Below are positions 10,543 to 20,014 of a stretch of DNA of 64,000 bases, piece by piece. Made by a program: the position numbers and the translations under genes. Positions within the stretch are counted from its first letter, which is position 1. Each line of letters begins with the position of its first letter. The notes under the pieces are model-generated. The model was not told where the DNA came from, did no database searches, and saw nothing but the letters and a program-made list of their open reading frames with translations. The stretch lies in sequence record DRR378314_814; one strand, 5' to 3'.

Positions 10543-10677
10543 ATTTTACTCCTCAACCTGTCAATATTGAGCGGTTTTCCCGACAGCAAACGCCGCCGGT
10601 CAACCCGTTAGCAGGTTTCAACTGAAACCCGCGGTAGTTAACGACCATCATCTTCATCTGAAAACGAGGCCACTCAG

Positions 10678-11508
10678 CTACACACTACTTGATACGAAAA
10701 ATTTGAGGTCGGACACTGTCGCAACAGGACGCCCGATAGCCTCGGAAACTTGAAAGACCTGACGGACAAGATCAGCATTGCTATCAGCCACTGCTCCATC
10801 CTTTAGTAAAAGGTTATTTTCAAAGCCTACTCTGACGTGCCCCCCCAATGCAATAGTCGCGCTTGCAACGGCATGCTCTAGAGGTCCAAAGGCACATACG
10901 GACCATGGATCCTGAGGATCACGGACCGCTAAAAACGGCAGCAAATCTGCAGGTCTTGAGACCTGATCCTTTGCATACCTACCCAACACAAACAGCAATA
11001 ACGCCGGTCCACCCGGCACGACGCCCTGCTCTCTAAGTGTATTGAATCTTTTGACATCTTCAGAATCATATAAAATGAAATGCGGAAGAACCGACTGGTT
11101 TTTCAGCTCTTTAAAGAAATCGGTGGCAATCCCCTCGCCCCCCTCGGGAACGATTTCGCGGATCGCCAGTGATACTGACGGTGGGGATAATTCCAGCGCC
11201 ATCTTCATCTGAGCGGCAGCACTGTAAATCCCAACGGCTTCACTTGTCGCCTGAATGAGCAAATCCTCACCGCACGCCTCGCGGATCGCAGAAATTGCCT
11301 CCCGATATAAACCGACGTCCAGAGAATGCTTTCCTGCATCATCCCGCACATGAAGATGAATGGCGGATGCCCCCGCCTGCTGGCAGGCTTTTGCCTCCCT
11401 TGCCAGCTCTTCTGGGCTTATGGGCAGGTTGGGATGATCCGACTTGGTTTTACGGGCCCCATTGGGCGCCACCATAATCATTAACGGATCCAGCTTCAGA
11501 TTTGACAT
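10678..11508 (-). CDS. BKACE / 3-keto-5-aminohexanoate cleavage family (DUF849)
   Basis: VAPNGAR, HPNLPISPEE, AGASAIHLHVRD and GGHVRVGFENN motifs. Confidence 0.88.
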   Translation of the reverse strand: MSNLKLDPLMIMVAPNGARKTKSDHPNLPISPEELAREAKACQQAGASAIHLHVRDDAGKHSLDVGLYREAISAIREACGEDLLIQATSEAVGIYSAAAQMKMALELSPPSVSLAIREIVPEGGEGIATDFFKELKNQSVLPHFILYDSEDVKRFNTLREQGVVPGGPALLLFVLGRYAKDQVSRPADLLPFLAVRDPQDPWSVCAFGPLEHAVASATIALGGHVRVGFENNLLLKDGAVADSNADLVRQVFQVSEAIGRPVATVSDLKFFVSSSV

Positions 11509-11511
11509 TCC

Positions 11512-12837
11512 CTACCCCTTGAGACTGGCGCCAAGGGCCAGATCCAGTTTATCAACAATTTCACCAATCTGATTTTCGGTCAGAATAAAAGGTGGCGCCA
11601 AGAGGATATGATCCCCCCGCCGACCGTCTATGGTGCCGCCCATTGGATAACACATCAACCCTTCATTCATCGCCGCCTTCTTAACCTTGGCGTTTAGTTT
11701 TAGTGCCGGATCGAAAGGATCTTTCGTTTGCCGGTTGGCCACCAGCTCCAGTCCTAAAAAAAGCCCTCGCCCCCTGATATCACCAACATTTGGATGCTGA
11801 CCAAATTTGGTCTGTAATGCGTCTTTCAGTTTTCCGCCCATGGCGCGTACATTGCTGAGTAAATCATTTTCCTCAACATATTTTTGGACCGCTAGTGATG
11901 CCGCGCACGCCAAAGGGTGCCCCATATAGGTATGACCATGCTGAAAAAAGCCACTCCCCTGCTCCAGCGCCTGAACAATTTGCTGACTGACGAGCATGGC
12001 CCCGATGGGCTGATACCCGGCCCCCAAACCTTTCGCCGTCACAAGAATATCAGGTGCAATTCCCTCCTGCTCCACCGCAAATAGCGATCCGGTTCGGCCC
12101 ATACCGCACATTACTTCGTCCAGAATAAGCAAAACGCCATACTGATCGCAGATTTCCCGGATGCGCTTGAAATACCCGTCAACTGCCGGCACCGCACCAA
12201 GGGTCGCGCCAACCACCGGCTCGCAGATAAAGGCACAGATGGTCTCTGGTCCCGCCCTTAATAAGGCACCTTCCAGTTCATTGGCGACCCTCTGTCCAAA
12301 ATCAAACTCACTTTCGCCGTCTTGCTTCTCCCGATAGGCATAACAAGGGGAGATCAGATCGACCGGCATCAAAAGTGGGGCATAGGGCTCTTTCCGCCAT
12401 TCATTACCGCCAGCTGACAAAGCGCCGAGTGTGTTTCCATGATAACTTTGTCGGCGCGATATAAAGCGGGTCCGGGAACCCTCCCCCTTTTCCAGAAAAT
12501 ATTGCCGGGCAAGCTTCAAAGCCGCCTCCACTGCCTCCGACCCGCCGGAGACAAAATAGACCTTGTCCAAATCTCCCGGTGCCCGCTCAATCAGGAAATC
12601 AGCAAGTTCTTCCATTACTGGATTTGTAAAAAATCCCGAATGGGCAAAAGCAATATTTTTAAGCTGCGCTTCTATCGCTGCAGCGACGGCTGGATTGCTA
12701 TGTCCAAGACAAGACACCGCAGCGCCGCCGCAGGCATCCAAATATTGCTTACCCGTACTATCTGTTATGTAGGCACCCTCACCTTTCATGGCGATGGGAT
12801 AGTCAGTATTCAGGGCACGATGGAATACATGTGTCAT
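11512..12837 (-). CDS. Class III PLP aminotransferase
   Basis: SGGSEAVE, SYHGNT, LILDEVMCGMGRTG, AKGLGAGYQP (PLP Lys), HGHTY. Confidence 0.92.
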   Translation of the reverse strand: MTHVFHRALNTDYPIAMKGEGAYITDSTGKQYLDACGGAAVSCLGHSNPAVAAAIEAQLKNIAFAHSGFFTNPVMEELADFLIERAPGDLDKVYFVSGGSEAVEAALKLARQYFLEKGEGSRTRFISRRQSYHGNTLGALSAGGNEWRKEPYAPLLMPVDLISPCYAYREKQDGESEFDFGQRVANELEGALLRAGPETICAFICEPVVGATLGAVPAVDGYFKRIREICDQYGVLLILDEVMCGMGRTGSLFAVEQEGIAPDILVTAKGLGAGYQPIGAMLVSQQIVQALEQGSGFFQHGHTYMGHPLACAASLAVQKYVEENDLLSNVRAMGGKLKDALQTKFGQHPNVGDIRGRGLFLGLELVANRQTKDPFDPALKLNAKVKKAAMNEGLMCYPMGGTIDGRRGDHILLAPPFILTENQIGEIVDKLDLALGASLKG

Positions 12838-12843
12838 CAGGGG

Positions 12844-13707
12844 TTATCCTTGCCAATAAGTCTCAGCGTCCCGAAGCCGCTGATCTGATTTTTCCAAAGC
12901 ATCAATGGCTGCATCACCTAGCTGTGTGACAATTGCCGCCACCAGCGCCTGCAGGGTTATTAAAGCCCCGCTTAAAGAGCGATAAAAAGAAGGACTGCGA
13001 TTGCCAACGATAAAACTATGAGACGCCGTTGCAGCGAGTGGTGAAACCGGGCTATCTGTAATTGCTATAATTTTTGCCTGCGTCTTTTGCGCCGCCCGAA
13101 CCGCATCGACGGTTTCCCGGGTATACGGATCAAAGGCAATCGCAATCAACACATCGTTTGAACCGATCTCGGTCAATTCTTCAGTAAATTGACCAGCAGC
13201 GCCGGTGATCAGTCGGGCTGTCGGAAAAAAGACACGCGTTGCATATTTAAAAAAGGCGGCAAGACCACTGCATTTTCGAAGTCCGATTATGTGGATCCTG
13301 GCAGCCCCCACAATTGTCGCCGCAGCCGCTGTTAATAGCTTTTCATCCATATTTCCGAAAGTCGTCTCAAGGTTATCCTGTTCAGCGGCCAGCAAGGTGC
13401 CGATCAAGCCTTCAGCCGAAAAATCATCTTGCTCCAGCTGCAGTTTTCGAGCCCGTGCCGCGTACCCGCTAGCTGGCCGGCTGACACGGTGACGAAAATG
13501 ATCCCGCAAATCGTTATATTTTTCGAACCCAAGCCGTGAGGACAAGCGAACCATTGTCGCAGGCGTGACAAATGCCCGACCCGCAATTTCCCGCATGGAA
13601 TAGACAGCCACATCATCAGGTGAACTCAGCATATACCGTGCTGCCACTTGCAATTGCGGACTAAGTTCTTGATATTCTTTCTGAATTACACTCAGGATAT
13701 CTGACAT
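12844..13707 (-). CDS. MurR/RpiR family transcriptional regulator
   Basis: N-terminal HTH (SMREIA...PATMVRL..RLGF) plus SIS domain (IAITDSPVSPLA). Confidence 0.9.
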   Translation of the reverse strand: MSDILSVIQKEYQELSPQLQVAARYMLSSPDDVAVYSMREIAGRAFVTPATMVRLSSRLGFEKYNDLRDHFRHRVSRPASGYAARARKLQLEQDDFSAEGLIGTLLAAEQDNLETTFGNMDEKLLTAAAATIVGAARIHIIGLRKCSGLAAFFKYATRVFFPTARLITGAAGQFTEELTEIGSNDVLIAIAFDPYTRETVDAVRAAQKTQAKIIAITDSPVSPLAATASHSFIVGNRSPSFYRSLSGALITLQALVAAIVTQLGDAAIDALEKSDQRLRDAETYWQG

Positions 13708-13978
13708 CAGTGATTTCTTCGCCTGCTCCCATGAAGTCCTTTGGCACTCTCTTGATGAAAAACAGTAACTACGGACAATCGGATTTGCAACAAGTGTTTC
13801 AAAATATATTAAATAGATTCAAATGATCCATTTTTGAGCGTATCGGTGTTCGAAATTTCCCCGTTAATTTTCTAAAACTTTACTTGATCAATTAAGACCT
13901 TGTTTACCCGTCCGCGCTATTATCGCTTATCACGTATTTTTACAGTCTGTTTTTCAATTTTTACCACTGAGCATTGCT

Positions 13979-15760
13979 TTGGTTTCTCTGAACACTTCAT
14001 CGCTGGTTCCAACAAATGATTCCAACCCAGACATTGATCTTGCGGTGGACTCGGTTCTGAATATTCAACCAGATTTGCAAGTCATAACCCCGCTTGTCAT
14101 CGAAGCAACGGATCGCCTTAGTCGTAAACTTCTTGAATTTGGAGTATTTCCGTCCAAGACGACCAACTCTTTAGGAAGCTCCGTCGATCTTTTTGTCTCT
14201 GAGGGCAAAACCAATATTGCCTATATTGATTTCAATATCGGGCGGGATTTGACGCTGGAGTTTTTGAAAAAATATGGCCAGCATTACCCGCATCTTTCCA
14301 TTTTTGTGATCGATGGTGACGTCAGCCTCCTGAACCATGGGGCCGCCGATTGCATCGCTTTCGAAAATCTTAGCAAAGAACGACTTGAAACAGCTTTGGT
14401 ACATGCGCATCGGCTGCGAAAGTTAAATACCTTTCTACCCTCCACCGTTAATCTTACCAACGGCAATCAATCACTGGATTCGCTGACATCGCTGGTTAGC
14501 CGCGTGTCCTTCAAGCAGAAGCTTCATGCAAAAACACATGACGCCAAAATGCAAGGCACCGAAATTTCCCTGATCATTCTGGACATCGACAGCTTCAAAG
14601 GAGTCAATGAAAGTCGCGGTCATGAATATGGTGATTTGGTTTTGGCCACGGTTGCAGAACGCTTAATGCAGTTTGCGCCAGAAACATCGGTTGTTGGGCG
14701 CATGGGAGACGATGAATTTGCCTTGCTACTGGATCAGAAATCCCTGTTAAAAATCTCTGATACAACGATTGCTGCGCGTCTGTCCCATGAAATTCGGCAA
14801 CCCTATTTCCTGAACGGTCATACGACCAACCTCAGCGCAACTATGGGAATCGCCAAACTGGATCAGGATGACACACCTGACACGCTGCTCCACAAAGCTC
14901 TGTCCGCGCTCTATACCGCGAAACGGGATAAGAACCGGTTCATGGTCTACACCCGCCAGGAAGATACGGAGCGCCGGGAACAATTAAAGCTCGTCCAGGA
15001 ACTCCCCGAAGCGATCGAGAAAAATCTGCTCCGCCTGCATTATCAACCCATGATCCGCATGCAAGACAGTACCGTCGTCGGTGTGGAAGCATTGGTCCGC
15101 TGGCAGCATCCAAGCCGCGGTCTTTTGTTTCCGGACAGCTTTGTCCAACTTGCTGAAAGCTCGGGCAGTATTGAGCCGCTCACCCGTTGGGTTCTGGACG
15201 CCGCGATCCGCCAAGGTGCTGAGTGGTTGAAAACAGGCAAAAAACTGACAGTTTCTGTCAATATTTCTGCCCTTATCCTGCATAACCCGATTTTCCCGGA
15301 CATCGTCAACCGGCTCCTCGAACAATCCGGTTTTCCAGCCGAATTATTGAAATTGGAAATCACGGAAAGTGCGATCATCTCTGACGTTGTGCGGGCGACC
15401 GATGTGGTCAACCGCCTGCATGATCTTGGGGTCAAAGTCTCCATCGATGATTTTGGAACTGGCTACACGTCTCTTGCCTACATTCGAAAACTGCCTGTTG
15501 ATGAAATCAAAATCGATAAAAGCTTTGTCCTTAACATGAACACTGTTGCTGACGATGCTGTTATCGTTCGAACCCTTTTGGAACTTGCTCGCAACCTGGA
15601 CCTTTCGGTTGTCGCAGAAGGGGTTGAGGACCGTGAAACCTGGTACATGCTGGCAGGTCTTGGCTGTCATGTCGCTCAAGGTTACTATATGAGCCGGCCC
15701 ATTGAACGCGAAACGTTTGAAAACTGGCTTTACGACTCCCCGTGGTCTATCGCCACGTAA
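13979..15760 (+). CDS. GGDEF-EAL c-di-GMP signalling protein, probable phosphodiesterase
   Basis: DIDSFKGVN...GDDEF variant; EALVRW, DDFGTGY, EIKIDKSF, AEGVE, QGY. Start codon uncertain. Confidence 0.9.
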   Translation: MVSLNTSSLVPTNDSNPDIDLAVDSVLNIQPDLQVITPLVIEATDRLSRKLLEFGVFPSKTTNSLGSSVDLFVSEGKTNIAYIDFNIGRDLTLEFLKKYGQHYPHLSIFVIDGDVSLLNHGAADCIAFENLSKERLETALVHAHRLRKLNTFLPSTVNLTNGNQSLDSLTSLVSRVSFKQKLHAKTHDAKMQGTEISLIILDIDSFKGVNESRGHEYGDLVLATVAERLMQFAPETSVVGRMGDDEFALLLDQKSLLKISDTTIAARLSHEIRQPYFLNGHTTNLSATMGIAKLDQDDTPDTLLHKALSALYTAKRDKNRFMVYTRQEDTERREQLKLVQELPEAIEKNLLRLHYQPMIRMQDSTVVGVEALVRWQHPSRGLLFPDSFVQLAESSGSIEPLTRWVLDAAIRQGAEWLKTGKKLTVSVNISALILHNPIFPDIVNRLLEQSGFPAELLKLEITESAIISDVVRATDVVNRLHDLGVKVSIDDFGTGYTSLAYIRKLPVDEIKIDKSFVLNMNTVADDAVIVRTLLELARNLDLSVVAEGVEDRETWYMLAGLGCHVAQGYYMSRPIERETFENWLYDSPWSIAT

Positions 15761-15921
15761 AACGCTGCAATCACGGCAGTTTTGATCGATTAATGTTTTC
15801 TCCCCAACATCTGTTTGACGCCCGATAGCTTCCTGATAGACTGGTCAGGATTTCTCCTCCAATTGCCCGGTTGTGGCAGCTGATGCGAGAAAATTCACCG
15901 AACTGAACCAGAAGGAAAACC

Positions 15922-16506
15922 ATGACCGATTTCGGGCCGGACGTTACCCTTAACAATGCGGCATACATACATCCCAGCGCACTGATCTATGGTAAAGCCA
16001 CCCTTGAGCGGGGTGTTTCCATGTGGCCCTACTCTGTGATACGTGCAGAAAGTCGCGATGTGACGATTGGTGAATTTACGAACATTCAGGACTTCGTGAT
16101 GATCCATATCGGAGACACAACCGGCACTCATATCGGGTCTCATTGCTCCATCACCCACCATTGCACGATCCATGGGTGCACAATTGGTGACAACTGCCTG
16201 ATCGGAATTAATACCACCATCATGGATGGTTGTGTTATTGGGAATAACTGCATTGTTGCAGGCCACAGTTTCCTGAAAGAAGGAACCGTTATCCCCGATA
16301 ACTCCATCGTAATGGGAACCCCTGGAAAAGTGGTTCGCACTCAAAACAACTATGCCCGCTGCCGAATGAACGCGTTCATGTATTATCGAAATGCATTGGC
16401 ATACGCATCTAATGAGCATCGGGAATGGGCGAGCGAGAATTGCCTTGGCGCCATGAATGCCGAAATGGACAAACTTCGGCAAGAACAACAACAACTTGAA
16501 CAGTAG
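15922..16506 (+). CDS. Gamma carbonic anhydrase family protein
   Basis: Hexapeptide repeats; NIQD..MIH and HHCTIHGCTIGDNCLIG metal His pattern; good RBS. Confidence 0.88.
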   Translation: MTDFGPDVTLNNAAYIHPSALIYGKATLERGVSMWPYSVIRAESRDVTIGEFTNIQDFVMIHIGDTTGTHIGSHCSITHHCTIHGCTIGDNCLIGINTTIMDGCVIGNNCIVAGHSFLKEGTVIPDNSIVMGTPGKVVRTQNNYARCRMNAFMYYRNALAYASNEHREWASENCLGAMNAEMDKLRQEQQQLEQ

Positions 16507-16539
16507 AGGAAGCCGCCACTGGGCAGCTTGGAAGACCAA

Positions 16540-17529
16540 ATGCAACATCCATATTTAATGTATCTTGGCGACGTCGCCGATCAACTGGGCGCGAAAACAG
16601 CAAAAGGTATCGTCGACTGGCGTCCGGAATGGTGCTTGGGACAGGTTCGCCTGCCTGACTGTAAGGCGGATCTGGGCATTCAGGATATCACCATCGCAGA
16701 AGCAGCCGCCAAGGGAACCAAAACCATGGTAATCGGAATTGTGAATTCCGGCGGTTTTCTGCCAGAACACTGGATCCGGGATATCATCGAAGCCATGGAA
16801 GCGGGTATGGATATCGCCAGTGGCCTGCATATTCGGCTCGGCTCCATAAATGAAATTAAACAAGCTGCTGATCGGCTCGGCCGCAAGCTATATGATGTCC
16901 GCCACCCCACGCAGGACCTCCCAACAGGCAAGGGCGCCCCGCGGTCAGGCAAGCGGCTGCTCGCAGTTGGAACGGATTGTTCTGTTGGAAAAATGTATAC
17001 GACCCTCGCGGTTGAAAAAGAAATGAAAAAGCGGGGCATGAACGCTGATTTCCGGGCAACAGGTCAAACTGGTATCTTCATTGCGGGAAGCGGCATTTCC
17101 ATCGATGCGGTCGTCGCTGACTTCATCTCAGGGGCCGTGGAAGTTCTCTCTCCTGCCAATGATGAAAATCATTGGGATATTATCGAAGGACAAGGCTCTC
17201 TTTTCCATCCCTCTTTTGCCGGAGTTAGCCTTGGACTTTTGCATGGCTCGCAAGCCGATGCCCTGATCCTCTGTCATGAACCGACCAGAACCCATATGCG
17301 CGGCATTCCCCATCAACCACTACCAGGCCTTAAGGAATGTATGGACCTCAATCTGATAACGGCGCGGCTGACCAACAAGAATGCCAAATTTGTCGGCGTG
17401 AGTGTCAATACGTCCGGACTTTCAATCGCAGAGGGAGACGCTTTGCTTAAGAAGCTGGAAGATGAACTTGACTTGCCCTGTGTCGATGCATTCCGCACCG
17501 GCGTCGCCTCAATTGTTGATAATCTCTGA
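16540..17529 (+). CDS. dgcN: DUF1611 / D-glutamate N-acetyltransferase DgcN-like
   Basis: AKTAKG, GTDCSVGKM, ATGQTG, DAVVADFISGA and EGQGSLFHP; coupled to an enolase-family racemase. Confidence 0.85.
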   Translation: MQHPYLMYLGDVADQLGAKTAKGIVDWRPEWCLGQVRLPDCKADLGIQDITIAEAAAKGTKTMVIGIVNSGGFLPEHWIRDIIEAMEAGMDIASGLHIRLGSINEIKQAADRLGRKLYDVRHPTQDLPTGKGAPRSGKRLLAVGTDCSVGKMYTTLAVEKEMKKRGMNADFRATGQTGIFIAGSGISIDAVVADFISGAVEVLSPANDENHWDIIEGQGSLFHPSFAGVSLGLLHGSQADALILCHEPTRTHMRGIPHQPLPGLKECMDLNLITARLTNKNAKFVGVSVNTSGLSIAEGDALLKKLEDELDLPCVDAFRTGVASIVDNL

Positions 17530-18515
17530 TGACCATCCGCAACCTAATCACCTATCAGGAAAGCTGGCCAATTCGCGGAAGTTTTCGCATTAGCCGCGGT
17601 GCTAAAACCGCTGCTGATGTGGTCATTGTAGAAATCACCGATGGCCGGGTCACCGGCCGCGGAGAATGTGTCCCTTACCCCCGGTATGGTGAAAGTCCGG
17701 CAACGGTCATGGACGAGATTTCCACCATTCGCGAGGCCATTAATCATGGTGCCAGTCGATCGGATATCCTAAGCCTCATGCCCTCAGGCGCTGCGCGCAA
17801 CGCCGTTGACTGTGCCCTGTGGGATCTGGAAGCCAAACAAACTGGAAAATCCGTCTCGGAACTGGCAGGAATTTCCGCTCCCGGCCCATTGATTACTGCC
17901 TATACGTTATCCTTGGACACGCCGGAAAAAATGGCTGGTGCTGCTGCGGCAAACGCCCATCGTCCGTTGATCAAACTCAAACTCGGTGGAGATGGAGATA
18001 TTGAGCGGGTCGCGGCTGTTCGCGAGGCTGCCCCGAAAACGCGCCTGATCGTTGATGCCAACGAAGCCTGGGAGCTGGACATGCTGGAAAGTTATTTTCC
18101 GGCAATGGCAGATCTTGGGGTCGAACTGATTGAACAACCCCTTGCTGCCGGCAAAGATGAAAGCCTTGGGGAATTAGACCGACCCGTGCCGATTTGCGCC
18201 GATGAAAGTTGTCACGATACCTCTACACTCGACCAGGTGGCTGCCAATTACGACTACATCAATATAAAACTGGATAAAACGGGCGGACTAACAGAAGCCT
18301 TACAGATGGCTGAAGCCGCTCGGGAATTTGGCCTTGGAATTATGGTAGGCTGTATGCTTGGCACCAGTTTGGGCATGGCGCCTGCAATGTTACTGGGGGG
18401 AATGGCCAGGTTCGTCGATCTGGACGGCCCTCTTCTTTTGGAAAAAGACCGTCCAGATGGGATCCAATTCGACGAAAGCGTCATGCATCCCAGCACACAT
18501 GCCTTGTGGGGCTAA
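17529..18515 (+). CDS. dgcA: N-acetyl-D-Glu racemase DgcA / L-Ala-D/L-Glu epimerase
   Basis: FRISRG, KLK, VDANE, EQP, ADES, NIKLDKTGG and DLDG motifs; TGATG overlap with dgcN. Confidence 0.85.
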   Translation: MTIRNLITYQESWPIRGSFRISRGAKTAADVVIVEITDGRVTGRGECVPYPRYGESPATVMDEISTIREAINHGASRSDILSLMPSGAARNAVDCALWDLEAKQTGKSVSELAGISAPGPLITAYTLSLDTPEKMAGAAAANAHRPLIKLKLGGDGDIERVAAVREAAPKTRLIVDANEAWELDMLESYFPAMADLGVELIEQPLAAGKDESLGELDRPVPICADESCHDTSTLDQVAANYDYINIKLDKTGGLTEALQMAEAAREFGLGIMVGCMLGTSLGMAPAMLLGGMARFVDLDGPLLLEKDRPDGIQFDESVMHPSTHALWG

Positions 18516-18542
18516 GCCCTTAAATCTGTTATCTGTCTCGTG

Positions 18543-19148
18543 CTAGCGGAAACTATGCCCGTGGATCCAGCCAATCACATAGTGGCGGGTTCCCCGGGTA
18601 ACAGGCGTTATGCGCTGCAGCCAATAGGATGGAAAGACAACCAACGTCCCTTGTTGTCGGAAACCTTCTGAATCCTGCCCCATGTTATGAAGGTCGATAT
18701 CCCCGCCTTCATAACTGTTGGGATCGGAAAGCTGCAGAATAAAAGTCAGTTTTCTGGAAGATGTCGCGCCAGCACCAATATCAACCAGCCACTCATCTTC
18801 CGGCAGATCCCCTTTTTTCTGACGAACCATCCATGGCATATCATCAGCCGGAAAACCGGTCAGCTCAAAACGCCAGCCATCAGCGTTAACCTGACACGCA
18901 CCATAGTTGATCTGATCTAACGGGTAGCCATTTTTCCCAAGCGGCAGCCGCTGCCGTTCTATGGATTTGAACTCCCGCGCATCTGGAAATAAAGGAACAT
19001 TTCCCGGCCCTACAGGTAATTTTGATGTCCAGGCAGTTGCGTTGGCCTGTGCGATTATCTGCGCACATTCCTGCGCTGAGAAGACAGGCCAGTGCATGGA
19101 TAGGGAGACATTGGTATTTCGAAGCGGTAACATTGCAATCTGGTTCAT
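18543..19148 (-). CDS. 2OG-Fe(II) oxygenase-fold paralog lacking both Fe-binding histidines
   Basis: Collinear with the upstream oxygenase; WLVD and WLQR replace WHVD and WLHR; strong RBS GAGGAGG before ATG at 19148. Confidence 0.85.
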   Translation of the reverse strand: MNQIAMLPLRNTNVSLSMHWPVFSAQECAQIIAQANATAWTSKLPVGPGNVPLFPDAREFKSIERQRLPLGKNGYPLDQINYGACQVNADGWRFELTGFPADDMPWMVRQKKGDLPEDEWLVDIGAGATSSRKLTFILQLSDPNSYEGGDIDLHNMGQDSEGFRQQGTLVVFPSYWLQRITPVTRGTRHYVIGWIHGHSFR

Positions 19149-19158
19149 GGTAACCTCC

Positions 19159-19761
19159 TCAGCGAAAACTAGGACCGTGGATCCAACCGACGACCACTTT
19201 TCGCGCACCTTTTGTCATCGGTGCCACGCGATGCAGCCAGAAAGATGGAAAGACAATAAGTGTTCCCTTCTTTGTCAGTTGCTCCCGACTTTTTTCAACC
19301 CGGTGAAACCCTAGATCGCCGCCTTCATACTCGGACCCTTCGGTCAGTTGCAGGGAAAAGCCAAGTTTACGCGATGCCGTCGCCGCCTGCCCAAGATCTA
19401 CATGCCAATCGTTATGGTCCCCCTGACGGCAGTAATCCATTACCCACGGCATATCGTCATCGGCAAATCCACCCAGATCAAAACGCCAAGATATTGAATT
19501 GGCATAACTGATTTCCTGAGCAATTCGGTTCAGGGGAAAACCCCCTTTGTCCACGGGGATCTTTTGTTGATAGTTACTGCGAAAATCCTTCTCAACAGTA
19601 AACACACCTTTTTCCTGCACACCGCCGACCATGGCTTCTTCCCATTTGTCGTCATCCAGCGTCGCCAGAATTTGATCACACTCTTCTTCACTAAACACCG
19701 TGTTGACATACACTGATGCTGTACCGGTATTCCGCATTGGTGCGGACGGCATTACAATCAT
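19159..19761 (-). CDS. 2OG-Fe(II) oxygenase (prolyl-hydroxylase/PKHD-like)
   Basis: WHVD...RKL...YEGGDL...VFPSFWLHRV...GARKVVVGW: HxD...H triad and 2OG-binding Arg intact. Confidence 0.88.
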   Translation of the reverse strand: MIVMPSAPMRNTGTASVYVNTVFSEEECDQILATLDDDKWEEAMVGGVQEKGVFTVEKDFRSNYQQKIPVDKGGFPLNRIAQEISYANSISWRFDLGGFADDDMPWVMDYCRQGDHNDWHVDLGQAATASRKLGFSLQLTEGSEYEGGDLGFHRVEKSREQLTKKGTLIVFPSFWLHRVAPMTKGARKVVVGWIHGPSFR

Positions 19762-19813
19762 ACTAATCCTCCCTTGATCACAGACTTGCGCTTCCCCAAA
19801 AGCGTTTCAAATA

Positions 19814-19846
19814 TGTGATGCACATCACAGTGTGACGCTCATCACA
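19814..19846. promoter_or_regulatory. Two tandem CRP-type boxes TGTGA-N6-TCACA
   Basis: tgtga-tgcaca-tcaca (19814-19829) and tgtga-cgctca-tcaca (19831-19846). Confidence 0.75.
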
Positions 19847-20014
19847 TTGTTAGGCAGATCAAGATGGAAAAGCAAGACTGGATTTTCGAACACAGGTGAA
19901 AATCGACTGCCAACTACCCTTGAAATCAACATTAGCTTTCCAAGTGAAAGGGCGCTAATTTCGTGCTAAACAGTGAATAACAATTCCATATTCCAAAAAA
20001 AGAAGCTCCTCAGA

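Noticed and set aside
15895-16548. 217-aa antisense ORF, and the many other short overlapping ORFs in the track
   Set aside because: They shadow well-supported genes on another strand or frame and have no recognisable motifs.
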